Assembly (NCBI GenBank): GCA_965247115.1
Contig: CBDFGR010000003.1
Coordinates: 1,440,001 to 1,504,000, forward strand
Origin: Myxococcota bacterium
GTDB lineage: Bacteria > Myxococcota_A > UBA9160 > SZUA-336
DNA: 64,000 bases
Direction of reading: 5' to 3'
This document shows positions 9,814 to 17,480 of the stretch, piece by piece. Position 1 is the stretch's first letter. Every line of letters starts with the position of its first letter. The notes beneath the pieces were generated by a model. It saw only the letters and a list, made by a program, of their open reading frames with translations, was not told the origin of the DNA and searched no databases. Made by a program: the position numbers and the translations under genes.

Positions 9814-10653
9814 TCAATCCCCCGCCACAGGCGGAGCGGGATCGTGCTCCTCCAGAAAGCGCAGGACCAGGCCGTTGAAGCGCGAGGCCAGCTCGGCGGC
9901 AACGAGATGCGCGGCCCCCGCCATCTGCACGAAGCGCGCGCCGGGGATGGCGCGCGACAGCTGCCGGTGCAGCTTTGGCGGGGTCAAGATGTCTTCCTCG
10001 CCACACACGATGAGTGTGGGCGAGCGGATCTGCCCAATGCGATCCAGGGTGTCGTGGAGCAGCGAGGCCTCGGCCTGGCGCGCAAAGACCTTCTCCTCCA
10101 TGGGCGCGTCGTCGCGCAGGTAGAAGCGCCACATCCGCTCGATCACGTCCTCTTCGAACGTGCCTTCCCCGATGGTCCATGCGAGCCGGTTCTTGATGCG
10201 GGTCTCGGCGGGCACGCCGAACTCGATCATCTCCTTCCACAGCTCCAGGATCGCGCGCCTCTTCGCGTCGGGCCTGGCCCACGTCCCCTGCAGGATCAGG
10301 CAGCCGACGCGCTCCGGATGGGCAAGGACGAGCTCCTGCGCGACCATGCCCCCAAGGAACCCGCCGAGAAGATGCGCGCGTTCCAGTCCGAGCTCGTCGA
10401 GCAGCCCAAGCGTGTCTTCCGCCATGTCCTGGGTCGTGAACGGCGTGCCGGGATCTTCGGAGAGGCCCGCCCCGCGGTTGTCGAAGATGATGACGGGGCG
10501 CTGCTTCGACAGCTCCGGCACCGTCGTGACCGTCCATCCCTGGCACGTGCCGCCCATACCCATGATGAGCACGAGGGGCGTGTGCGTCCCTTCCCCGTAC
10601 TTCTCGTAGTAGATCCCGAAGCCGCGCGAGTGGAAGGTAGGCACCGGCGGCAT
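9814..10653 (-). CDS. alpha/beta hydrolase fold protein (enol-lactonase-like) with Phe at the nucleophile position
   Basis: FDNRGAG, GGFLGG elbow, GEEDILTP, AAH. Confidence 0.85.
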   Translation of the reverse strand: MPPVPTFHSRGFGIYYEKYGEGTHTPLVLIMGMGGTCQGWTVTTVPELSKQRPVIIFDNRGAGLSEDPGTPFTTQDMAEDTLGLLDELGLERAHLLGGFLGGMVAQELVLAHPERVGCLILQGTWARPDAKRRAILELWKEMIEFGVPAETRIKNRLAWTIGEGTFEEDVIERMWRFYLRDDAPMEEKVFARQAEASLLHDTLDRIGQIRSPTLIVCGEEDILTPPKLHRQLSRAIPGARFVQMAGAAHLVAAELASRFNGLVLRFLEEHDPAPPVAGD

Positions 10654-10700
10654 TGTAGCACCGCCGCTCCGCGCTCCCTGACCTGAGTCTGGCGACGAAG

Positions 10701-11294
10701 CTACTTGTTGCCGCGCTTCAGCTCGGTGAGTACGAGCTTTGCGAGAGCCTTGAGCGTCTCGAAGACGCCCTCGCCCGTCTGCGCGGACGCCTCGAAGTCC
10801 TGGATCTTGCCGTCGGGGTTCAGCGACTCGCGCAGCTCTTCCACCGACACCAGGTTGGGAAGGTCTCGCTTGTTGTACTGCAACACCCAGGGGATCTTGT
10901 CGATGTGGTAGCCCTGCTCGCGCAGATTTCCGCGCAGGTTCTCCAGCGACTCGATGTTCGCCTCGTAGCGCTCGTCCTGACTGTCGGCAACGAACACAAC
11001 GCCGTCCACGCCCTTGAGAATGAGCTTGCGGCTCGCGTCGTAAAAGACCTGACCCGAAACCGTGTAGAGATGGAAGCGGGTCTTGAAGCCGCGGATCTCG
11101 CCCAATGACAGCGGCAGGAAGTCGAAAAAGAGCGTCCGCTCGGTCTCGGTCGCGAGCGAGATCATCTTCCCCTTCGCCTCACCTGCGGTCTTTTCGTAGA
11201 TATATTTCAGGTTCGTCGTCTTTCCGCACAGGCCGGGGCCGTAATAGACCAGCTTGCAGTTGATCTCACGTGCGGAATAGTTGATGAACGCCAT
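10701..11294 (-). CDS. mglA: MglA small Ras-like GTPase
   Basis: [25 protein letters not shown]; adjacent to mglB. Confidence 0.96.
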   Translation of the reverse strand: MAFINYSAREINCKLVYYGPGLCGKTTNLKYIYEKTAGEAKGKMISLATETERTLFFDFLPLSLGEIRGFKTRFHLYTVSGQVFYDASRKLILKGVDGVVFVADSQDERYEANIESLENLRGNLREQGYHIDKIPWVLQYNKRDLPNLVSVEELRESLNPDGKIQDFEASAQTGEGVFETLKALAKLVLTELKRGNK

Positions 11295-11309
11295 GCGACC
11301 TTTGAAACC

Positions 11310-11804
11310 TCAGTCCGAGAACAGATTATCTATGTCGTCTTCGCTGATCTCAGCAAAAGGGGAGCCCGAGCCCTGATCCAGCTCCGACTCGGCCCGTTTG
11401 AAGATCTCGTCAAAGAGCTCCGACAGCTTTTGCCCCGCCTTCTTGACGCGCAGTCGCACGAGTCCGAGCGAGCTGCGATCGTCGAAGATGACCACTAGAA
11501 CGATGCGCTGTGCGACCAACGTGATGTGCAAGTTGTCGCGCTCGCCCTGGTGGAAGTGAATGGGAAAGTCCGGCTCGCCAATGATCTTGGCCAGCCCGCT
11601 CGTAGCTGCGACATTGCCCGCCACCAGCGACGCCAGCGACGTGGTGTCGATGTCCGTCAGCTCGCCCGCCTCCGTCACGAGCTGGCCGTTGCGGTCGATG
11701 AGGAACGCAGCCTTCGCGTTGGCGTCGTGCACGAGACGCTCCGCCACCGCGACCAGCTTCTTGTGATCCTCTTCGAATAGGACCAGCTGTGGCGTCACGG
11801 ACAT
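11310..11804 (-). CDS. mglB: MglB roadblock-domain GAP
   Basis: DTTSLASL, SSLGLVRLRVKK, acidic C-terminal DDIDNLF; GAGAGG RBS before ATG 11804. Confidence 0.94.
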   Translation of the reverse strand: MSVTPQLVLFEEDHKKLVAVAERLVHDANAKAAFLIDRNGQLVTEAGELTDIDTTSLASLVAGNVAATSGLAKIIGEPDFPIHFHQGERDNLHITLVAQRIVLVVIFDDRSSLGLVRLRVKKAGQKLSELFDEIFKRAESELDQGSGSPFAEISEDDIDNLFSD

Positions 11805-11861
11805 GCGGTCCTCTCTAAGGCGTTGAGATCGCTCGGGAAATGCCCCCACCAAATCGATGCT

Positions 11862-11877
11862 AGCAGAGCGCATTCCA
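11862..11877 (-). promoter_or_regulatory. possible sigma54 (-24/-12) promoter upstream of mglB
   Basis: Minus strand TGGAATgcgctCTGCT keeps GG-N10-GC spacing but departs from the TGGCAC/TTGC consensus. Confidence 0.3.
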
Positions 11878-11954
11878 CGGGCACAAGAGCCGGAACCAGT
11901 GGAGGAATCGGGCCCCGGGGTCGATTTCTTGAGAACCTTGGCTGCACCAGCCGT

Positions 11955-12563
11955 CTATGAGCCGAACTGGCGTCTGTTCTCCAGCGACTTCCGCACGGTG
12001 ACGGAATCGACGTACTCCAGGTCGCCACCCATGGGCATCCCGTAGCCGATGCGCGTCACGCCCACCTCGTAGTCCCGAACGCGGTCCGCCACGTAGAGCG
12101 CGGTCGCCTCGCCTTCCGGATTTGGATTCGTGGCCAGGATGATCTCCTCGATGCCGCCGGCACGAATGCGTCGGATCAACGGCTCCACGCGCAACGCCTC
12201 GGGCCCCACACCGTCGAGCGGCGCGAGCGTGCCACCGAGTACGTGATAGCGGCCGCGAAACACGCCAGAGCTCTCGATGGACACCAGGTCCGCCGGCTCC
12301 TCGACGACACAGACCTGGTTCGTCTGCCGTGTGTCGTCCCGACAGATCTCACAGGGAGACTCAATGGTCAGGTTGAAGCACTCCTCACACAGGCTGACCT
12401 CACGTCGCAGGCGCAAGATGGCCTCGCCGAGCTCGGAGGCGGTGCTCTCCGGCGCAGAGAGCAGGAAAAACGCGAGGCGTGTGGCCGTCTTCTCGCCCAC
12501 TCCCGGCAGCCGGCGCAGCGCCTTGACCAGTCGGTCGATCGGGGCGGGGCGGGCCTGGGACAC
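11955..12563 (-). CDS. recR: recombination mediator RecR
   Basis: LPGVGEKTA, C4 zinc finger, TOPRIM ATNPNPEGEATA, GGDLEYVD. Confidence 0.97.
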   Translation of the reverse strand: MSQARPAPIDRLVKALRRLPGVGEKTATRLAFFLLSAPESTASELGEAILRLRREVSLCEECFNLTIESPCEICRDDTRQTNQVCVVEEPADLVSIESSGVFRGRYHVLGGTLAPLDGVGPEALRVEPLIRRIRAGGIEEIILATNPNPEGEATALYVADRVRDYEVGVTRIGYGMPMGGDLEYVDSVTVRKSLENRRQFGS

Positions 12564-12899
12564 CTACGAGCTCCCGCCGAGCTGACCCATGAGCTGTGCG
12601 ATGGGAATGCCCGTCGCGTCCTGCATCTCGCTCTGCGCCATCTCCCTTGCCCGTCCGAGCGCCTGGTTGACGGCGGCGAGCACCAGGTCCTGGAGCATCT
12701 CCACGTCGCGCGGGTCCACGGCCTGCGCGTCGATCTTGATCTCGACAAGCTCGAGCTGCCCGTTCACCGTGGCCTCCACCATGCCTCCGCCGACGGTGGC
12801 CTGGGCCGTGCGGTGGCGCAGCTGCTCCTGCACGCGCGCGAGCTTCCCGCTCATCTCCTGCGCTTGCTCCATGATCGACTTCAGATTGAACTGGCTCAT
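12564..12899 (-). CDS. ybaB: YbaB/EbfC nucleoid-associated protein
   Basis: GGGMVEATVNG, DVEMLQDLVLAAVNQA; sits between dnaX and recR. Confidence 0.95.
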   Translation of the reverse strand: MSQFNLKSIMEQAQEMSGKLARVQEQLRHRTAQATVGGGMVEATVNGQLELVEIKIDAQAVDPRDVEMLQDLVLAAVNQALGRAREMAQSEMQDATGIPIAQLMGQLGGSS

Positions 12900-14299
12900 G
12901 TGAGCTCCCTTCCGCTCTGGCGTGGTACGCGGACCTCCTGGAGCTCTGCATCCAGGGCGGAGATGACCTCTTGTACCTTTGGATGCTCCTTTGCCTCGCG
13001 GCGCAGGCGCGCCTCGGCCTCGGAGACCGTGGAGCCGCTCGCCGGTTCGGCTCTGGGTTGCGGGGCCGCCTGGGAGCGCCGCGTCGGACTCCGCGAGCCG
13101 CGCTCTGCGCCCCCCTGGGACGACTCGTTCCCCGCGGGCGATCCCCCGCCAGCAGGGGGATCCCCTTCGAGCCCATCGAGCCGCTCGATCAGCGAGCTCA
13201 GCGCCTCGGCTTCTGGCAGGGTCGCGAGGCGCACGACGGCCATCTCGAGCGCCTGCTCGGGCCGGGGCGCCAGGCCGAGCTCCTGATTCCGGGTCAAGAG
13301 GACGCGGAACAGACGCTGCAGCGTCTCGGGATCGTGAGGCTTGGCGCGGCGCTGCAGCTCGGCAACCTCCGCAGGTGCCGCATCGACAAGCGGGCCAGGA
13401 TCCTCCACCAGCCGCACCACCAGCAGGTCCCGCAGCTCCTCCAGGATCGCGGCCGCGAGGCGCACGCCGTCGACGCCGGCGTCTATGGCGCGGCGCACCG
13501 CGGCCAGGGCGGAGCTGGCGTCATGACCGAGCACGGGATCGACGATGTCCGTGACGATCTTGTGCTCGATCAGGTCCAGGATCTCGCGGGCGCCATCCTC
13601 CTCGATCGCGTTACCGAAGGCACTGACCAGCCGGTCGAGCAAGGTCTCCGCGTCGCGCAGGCTGCCGTCGCTCTCGCGCACCAGAGCGCGCATCACCGAC
13701 TCGGGAACCGAGATCCCCTCGGCGCTCGAGATCTGACGCAGGCGCTCGAGCATCTCGCTCGGTCCGAGGCGCTTGAGATCAAAGCGCTGTACGCGCGAGA
13801 GCACCGTGACCGGGATCTTCTGGGCGTCCGTCGTCGCGAAGATGAACAGGCTGTGTGGCGGGGGCTCTTCCAGGGTCTTGAGCAGCGCGTTGAACGCCTG
13901 CTGCGAGAGCATGTGGACCTCATCAATGATGTAGATCCGGTACTTCCCCGGCGAGGCCGCGTACCGGATGTTGTCCCGGATCTCGCGCACGCTGTCCACG
14001 CCCGTATTGCTCGCCGCGTCGATCTCCTGCACGTCGAGCGAGGTCGACGCGGCGATCTCCGTGCACGACGAGCACTTGCCGCACGGCTTCTCCGTCGGCC
14101 CCTCGTCGCAATTGAGGGAGCGCGCCAGGATCCGCGCAATCGAGGTCTTTCCGGTCCCGCGCGGCCCGGCCAGCAAGAGGGCGTGGGGCAGGCGATCGTG
14201 CACGAGCGCGTTGCGCAGCGCTGTCGTCACGTGCCTCTGCCCGGAGACTTCCTCGAACGACTGCGGCCGCCAGCGGCGCGCCAGAACTTCGTAACTCAT
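12896..14299 (-). CDS. dnaX: DNA polymerase III gamma/tau subunit
   Basis: LARRWRPQSF, GPRGTGKTS, EIDAASN, DEVHMLS..AFNALLKTLEEPP. Confidence 0.96.
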   Translation of the reverse strand: MSYEVLARRWRPQSFEEVSGQRHVTTALRNALVHDRLPHALLLAGPRGTGKTSIARILARSLNCDEGPTEKPCGKCSSCTEIAASTSLDVQEIDAASNTGVDSVREIRDNIRYAASPGKYRIYIIDEVHMLSQQAFNALLKTLEEPPPHSLFIFATTDAQKIPVTVLSRVQRFDLKRLGPSEMLERLRQISSAEGISVPESVMRALVRESDGSLRDAETLLDRLVSAFGNAIEEDGAREILDLIEHKIVTDIVDPVLGHDASSALAAVRRAIDAGVDGVRLAAAILEELRDLLVVRLVEDPGPLVDAAPAEVAELQRRAKPHDPETLQRLFRVLLTRNQELGLAPRPEQALEMAVVRLATLPEAEALSSLIERLDGLEGDPPAGGGSPAGNESSQGGAERGSRSPTRRSQAAPQPRAEPASGSTVSEAEARLRREAKEHPKVQEVISALDAELQEVRVPRQSGRELT

Positions 14300-14340
14300 G
14301 AACGGCTTTCCCTACTGCATCGCAGGAGGTCGTCCCAGAG

Positions 14341-14448
14341 GGAGATCGCTGGGCCGATCCGACCACCTGCCCCGCAACGCTACCGTTGCTTCCTTCCGGA
14401 CCTGGCGGGGTTCACGAGCGAACCACCGGCCGGGGCCCAGCGATCACC
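14341..14448 (-). ncRNA. ffs: signal recognition particle 4.5S RNA
   Basis: Minus strand GTGAACCCCGCCAGGTCCGGAAGGAAGCAACGGTA domain IV with GGAA tetraloop; termini pair (GATCGCTGGGCC/GGCCCAGCGATC); canonical position upstream of dnaX. Confidence 0.92.
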
Positions 14449-15774
14449 GTCGGGGACGAATGCCGGTGACAATACTCCCCGCTCCTGGGTGCGTAAAGCG
14501 AGCCGGCGCAGCAAGATGGCGCCGAGCGCGGCCCGCTCTGACAGGCTGTGCAGGACGGCGAATTCGCGGTCGGTATGCGCCGCGCCGCCGCGCACGCCCA
14601 TCGAATCGAGCGTCGGCAAGCCCAGCGCTCCGGTCAGCGAGCCATCGGTTCCGCCGCCAGCATGGATGGGTGGAGATAACTCGGCGCCGAGGGCACGCGC
14701 GACCTCCGCGTGCAGCTCGAGCAGCTCCTGGGTGGCGTCCGTCTCTCGCTTTGGCGGACGATGCAGGGTGCCCCAAAGCGCTGCCTGCGTTCCCTCTACA
14801 TGTGGGTGAGCGGCGATCTGCTCCAGGCGCTCGCGGATCTCGTCGCCCTGTGTTGGCTCGTCGTAGCGAAGATCGATCCAGGCCTCCGCGAACTCGGGCA
14901 CGATGTTGCGCTTGGTGCCCCCGTCGAAGGTCCCGGTGTTGACCGTGATGCCCGCGTCGTAGTCCGTCAGCGCTTCGATCTCCACGACCTTTCGCGCGAG
15001 GGCGAGAATGGCGCTCCGGCCCTTGCTGTGCGAGCCACCCGCGTGCGCCGCCAGGCCATCCACTGTGAGATAGAACTGCCCCAGGCCTCGGCGGGAGCGA
15101 ACCATCTCGCCGTCTGCCCGCGCGCTCTCGAAGACGAACCCGAGCGTGGCAGCGCGCGCCTCCGCCTCGATGCGCGCCCGCGAGCTGAGCGATCCAATCT
15201 CCTCGTCGGCGTTCAGAAGCACGGTCCACTGCGCCCGGTCGAGATCGCCGCTCTCGGCCAGCGCCTGCAGAACAAAGAGCAGCACGACCAGGCCGCCCTT
15301 CATGTCCGACACGCCCGGTCCGATCACGCGCGCCGGGTCGCCCCGGTCGGGCCGGTAGCTCTGAAAGGGGGAGTCCGGCTCGAAGACGGTGTCGTAGTGG
15401 CCCACGACCAGGAAGCGCTGGCTTGTCGGGCCAGGTCCGGGCCGCCGCGCGACGATCAGGGGCCCGATCTCGACGCGCCCGCGGCCGGGGTAGTCGTCGA
15501 GCGTTTCGGAGTGGAGCTCGACCTCGAAGCCCAGCTCGAGCAAGGGGGCAACGAGCAGCTGGGCGAAAGCCTGCAGCCCGGGACGGTTGAACGTGCCGGT
15601 GTTCAGACCCACCCAGCGCTCGAGCTGCGACGCCATCTCCTGCTGTCGGGCCTGCAGGCGGTCGCGGATCTGGCGCTCCTCGGCATCGAGCTGGGCCGCG
15701 GCGGGAGGCGCGGCCGCCGCCGGGGGCGAAGTCAGGGCGAGAAACAGCAACGTGCACGCCGCCTTTCGCAGCAA
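14380..15774 (-). CDS. secreted M20-family metallopeptidase (carboxypeptidase G2-like)
   Basis: GGAGGT RBS then TTG 15774; signal peptide; GHYDTVF, DMKGG, DEEIGS, GGGTDG, AHTDRE. The longer upstream frame is antisense to the kinase gene. Confidence 0.88.
   Translation of the reverse strand: MLRKAACTLLFLALTSPPAAAAPPAAAQLDAEERQIRDRLQARQQEMASQLERWVGLNTGTFNRPGLQAFAQLLVAPLLELGFEVELHSETLDDYPGRGRVEIGPLIVARRPGPGPTSQRFLVVGHYDTVFEPDSPFQSYRPDRGDPARVIGPGVSDMKGGLVVLLFVLQALAESGDLDRAQWTVLLNADEEIGSLSSRARIEAEARAATLGFVFESARADGEMVRSRRGLGQFYLTVDGLAAHAGGSHSKGRSAILALARKVVEIEALTDYDAGITVNTGTFDGGTKRNIVPEFAEAWIDLRYDEPTQGDEIRERLEQIAAHPHVEGTQAALWGTLHRPPKRETDATQELLELHAEVARALGAELSPPIHAGGGTDGSLTGALGLPTLDSMGVRGGAAHTDREFAVLHSLSERAALGAILLRRLALRTQERGVLSPAFVPDGDRWAPAGGSLVNPARSGRKQR
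14469..14497 (-). promoter_or_regulatory. putative sigma70 promoter of ffs
   Basis: TTTACG-N17-TATTGT about 20 nt upstream of the ffs 5' end. Confidence 0.55.
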
Positions 15775-15822
15775 CCGGACACCTCCCAGGTAGCGGGCGC
15801 CATAGTACCGTACACTTGAGAC

Positions 15823-16749
15823 ATGGCTCGTCGCGGCGTTTCCGTCCCGATCGCGCTGACGGTCGCACTCGTGACCATCACCGTCGCGCTCACCGCGGGC
15901 TGGCAGATCCTGGTGGCGCGCGAGTTCGAGGCCTTCGTCGAGGGCTTCACCACCGTCCACTGGCTGCTCGTGATCCTCGGCTCGCTGTTCTTCGTCACGA
16001 TCATCACGGTGGCGATCCTGCAGGCCGTCTGGCTGGTGCGCGAGATCCGCACGAACCAGCGGCAGCAGAACTTCCTGGACGCCGTCACCCACGAGCTTCA
16101 CACGCCGCTGACCTCGCTGCGCCTCTATGTCGACACGCTGCAGGGAAAGTCGCTCGACGAGGCGCAGCGCGGCGAGTTCCTCAACGTCATGTCGGACGAC
16201 ATCGACCGGCTGCAGCGCACGATCGACCAGATCCTGAGCGCGGCGCGCACGGACGAACGCAGGAACTACCGCACGGCCGTCGACCTGCGCCGTCTGCTCG
16301 GGGAGTGTGTGGCCGACGCGCGGGAACGCTTCGGTCTGGATGAAGAGTCGCTGCGGCTCCACGTCCCGGCACTCGCGCGCGTGCGCGGCGACCTCGAGCA
16401 GCTGCGCCTCGCCTTCCGCAACCTGATCGAGAACGCGATCCGCTACGCGGGAGAGAAGACGCGGGTCGAGGTACGCGTGCGCCCGGCCTCGGGCCGCAAG
16501 CTCGAGGTCGAGGTGGAGGACCAGGGCATCGGGCTGGCCGAGTCGGCGCTGGGCCGTGTCTTCCAGCGCTTCCAGCGGGAAGCCGTGCGCAGTCCGAGCG
16601 GGCTCGGCCTGGGGCTCTTCATCGTCCGCAACGTGGTCCGCGGGCACGGCGGAACCGTGCGGGCCGAGAGCGACGGCGAGGGAAAGGGCAGTCGGTTCAT
16701 CGTCACGCTCCCCGGACAGCTCGATGAATCCATCCATTCTGCTCGTTGA
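15823..16749 (+). CDS. membrane sensor histidine kinase
   Basis: Two TM helices, THELHTPL H-box, NLIENAIRY, DQGIG, GLGLGL. Confidence 0.93.
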   Translation: MARRGVSVPIALTVALVTITVALTAGWQILVAREFEAFVEGFTTVHWLLVILGSLFFVTIITVAILQAVWLVREIRTNQRQQNFLDAVTHELHTPLTSLRLYVDTLQGKSLDEAQRGEFLNVMSDDIDRLQRTIDQILSAARTDERRNYRTAVDLRRLLGECVADARERFGLDEESLRLHVPALARVRGDLEQLRLAFRNLIENAIRYAGEKTRVEVRVRPASGRKLEVEVEDQGIGLAESALGRVFQRFQREAVRSPSGLGLGLFIVRNVVRGHGGTVRAESDGEGKGSRFIVTLPGQLDESIHSAR

Positions 16750-17422
16750 GGACGAAGAGCACCTCGCTCGGGGCCTACGCTTCAACTTCGAGGCGGAGGG
16801 CTACCACGTAGAGAACTTCGAGCGCGGCGAGGACGCGCTCGAACGGCTCGAGGCTAAGGACGCGGAGCCCGTCGACCTCGTCGTTCTCGACGTCCTGCTC
16901 CCGGGCATCTCTGGTATCGAGGTCCTCGAGCAGCTGCGCAAGCACGACAATCCCGTCCCGGTCCTGCTCCTCACCGCGCGCGACACCGACCAGGACATAG
17001 TCGCGGGGCTCGACAGGGGCGCGGACGACTATCTGACCAAGCCCTTCTCGTTACCGGTGTTGCTGGCCCGCGTGCGTACGCTGCTGCGACGCGCCACTCA
17101 CGTCGACGAAAACACCACGGAGCACGCGTTCCGGATCGGCAAGGTCACCGTCCACCCGAATCGCTTCGAGCTCGAACGCAACGGCGAGCGCCTGAAGCTC
17201 ACCGCGAAGGAGCTCGCCCTGCTCACGCTCCTCTTCGCCCGCCGCGGCAGCGCGGTCAGCCGCGGCGAGATCCTCCAGCAGGTCTGGGACCTCCACCCCG
17301 AGACCCGTACCCGCGTCGTCGACACCTTCGTCCTCCGCCTCCGCAAGCTCATCGAGCCCAACCCAAAGTCCCCCGAGTTCCTCCTCTCCGTCCGCTCCTT
17401 CGGCTACCGCCTGGAAGCCTGA
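16724..17422 (+). CDS. OmpR-family response regulator
   Basis: LVEDE, LDVLLP, GADDYLTKPF, winged helix TRVVDTFVLRLRK. Confidence 0.94.
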   Translation: MNPSILLVEDEEHLARGLRFNFEAEGYHVENFERGEDALERLEAKDAEPVDLVVLDVLLPGISGIEVLEQLRKHDNPVPVLLLTARDTDQDIVAGLDRGADDYLTKPFSLPVLLARVRTLLRRATHVDENTTEHAFRIGKVTVHPNRFELERNGERLKLTAKELALLTLLFARRGSAVSRGEILQQVWDLHPETRTRVVDTFVLRLRKLIEPNPKSPEFLLSVRSFGYRLEA

Positions 17423-17425
17423 ACT

Positions 17426-17480
17426 TAGGCTCCGAAGTTAGAACTTAGGGACGGTCCTTAAGTTCTAACTTCGGAGCCTA
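17426..17480. repeat. REP-like element B: 55-bp hairpin with the GGGACGGTCCTTA core
   Basis: taggctccgaagttagaactta (17426-17447) / taagttctaacttcggagccta (17459-17480) perfect 22-bp IR; contains the antiporter stop codon. Confidence 0.88.

Noticed and set aside
15775..16785. N-terminal extension of the 801-aa M20 ORF
   Set aside because: Antisense to the histidine kinase; RBS and signal peptide place the start at 15774.
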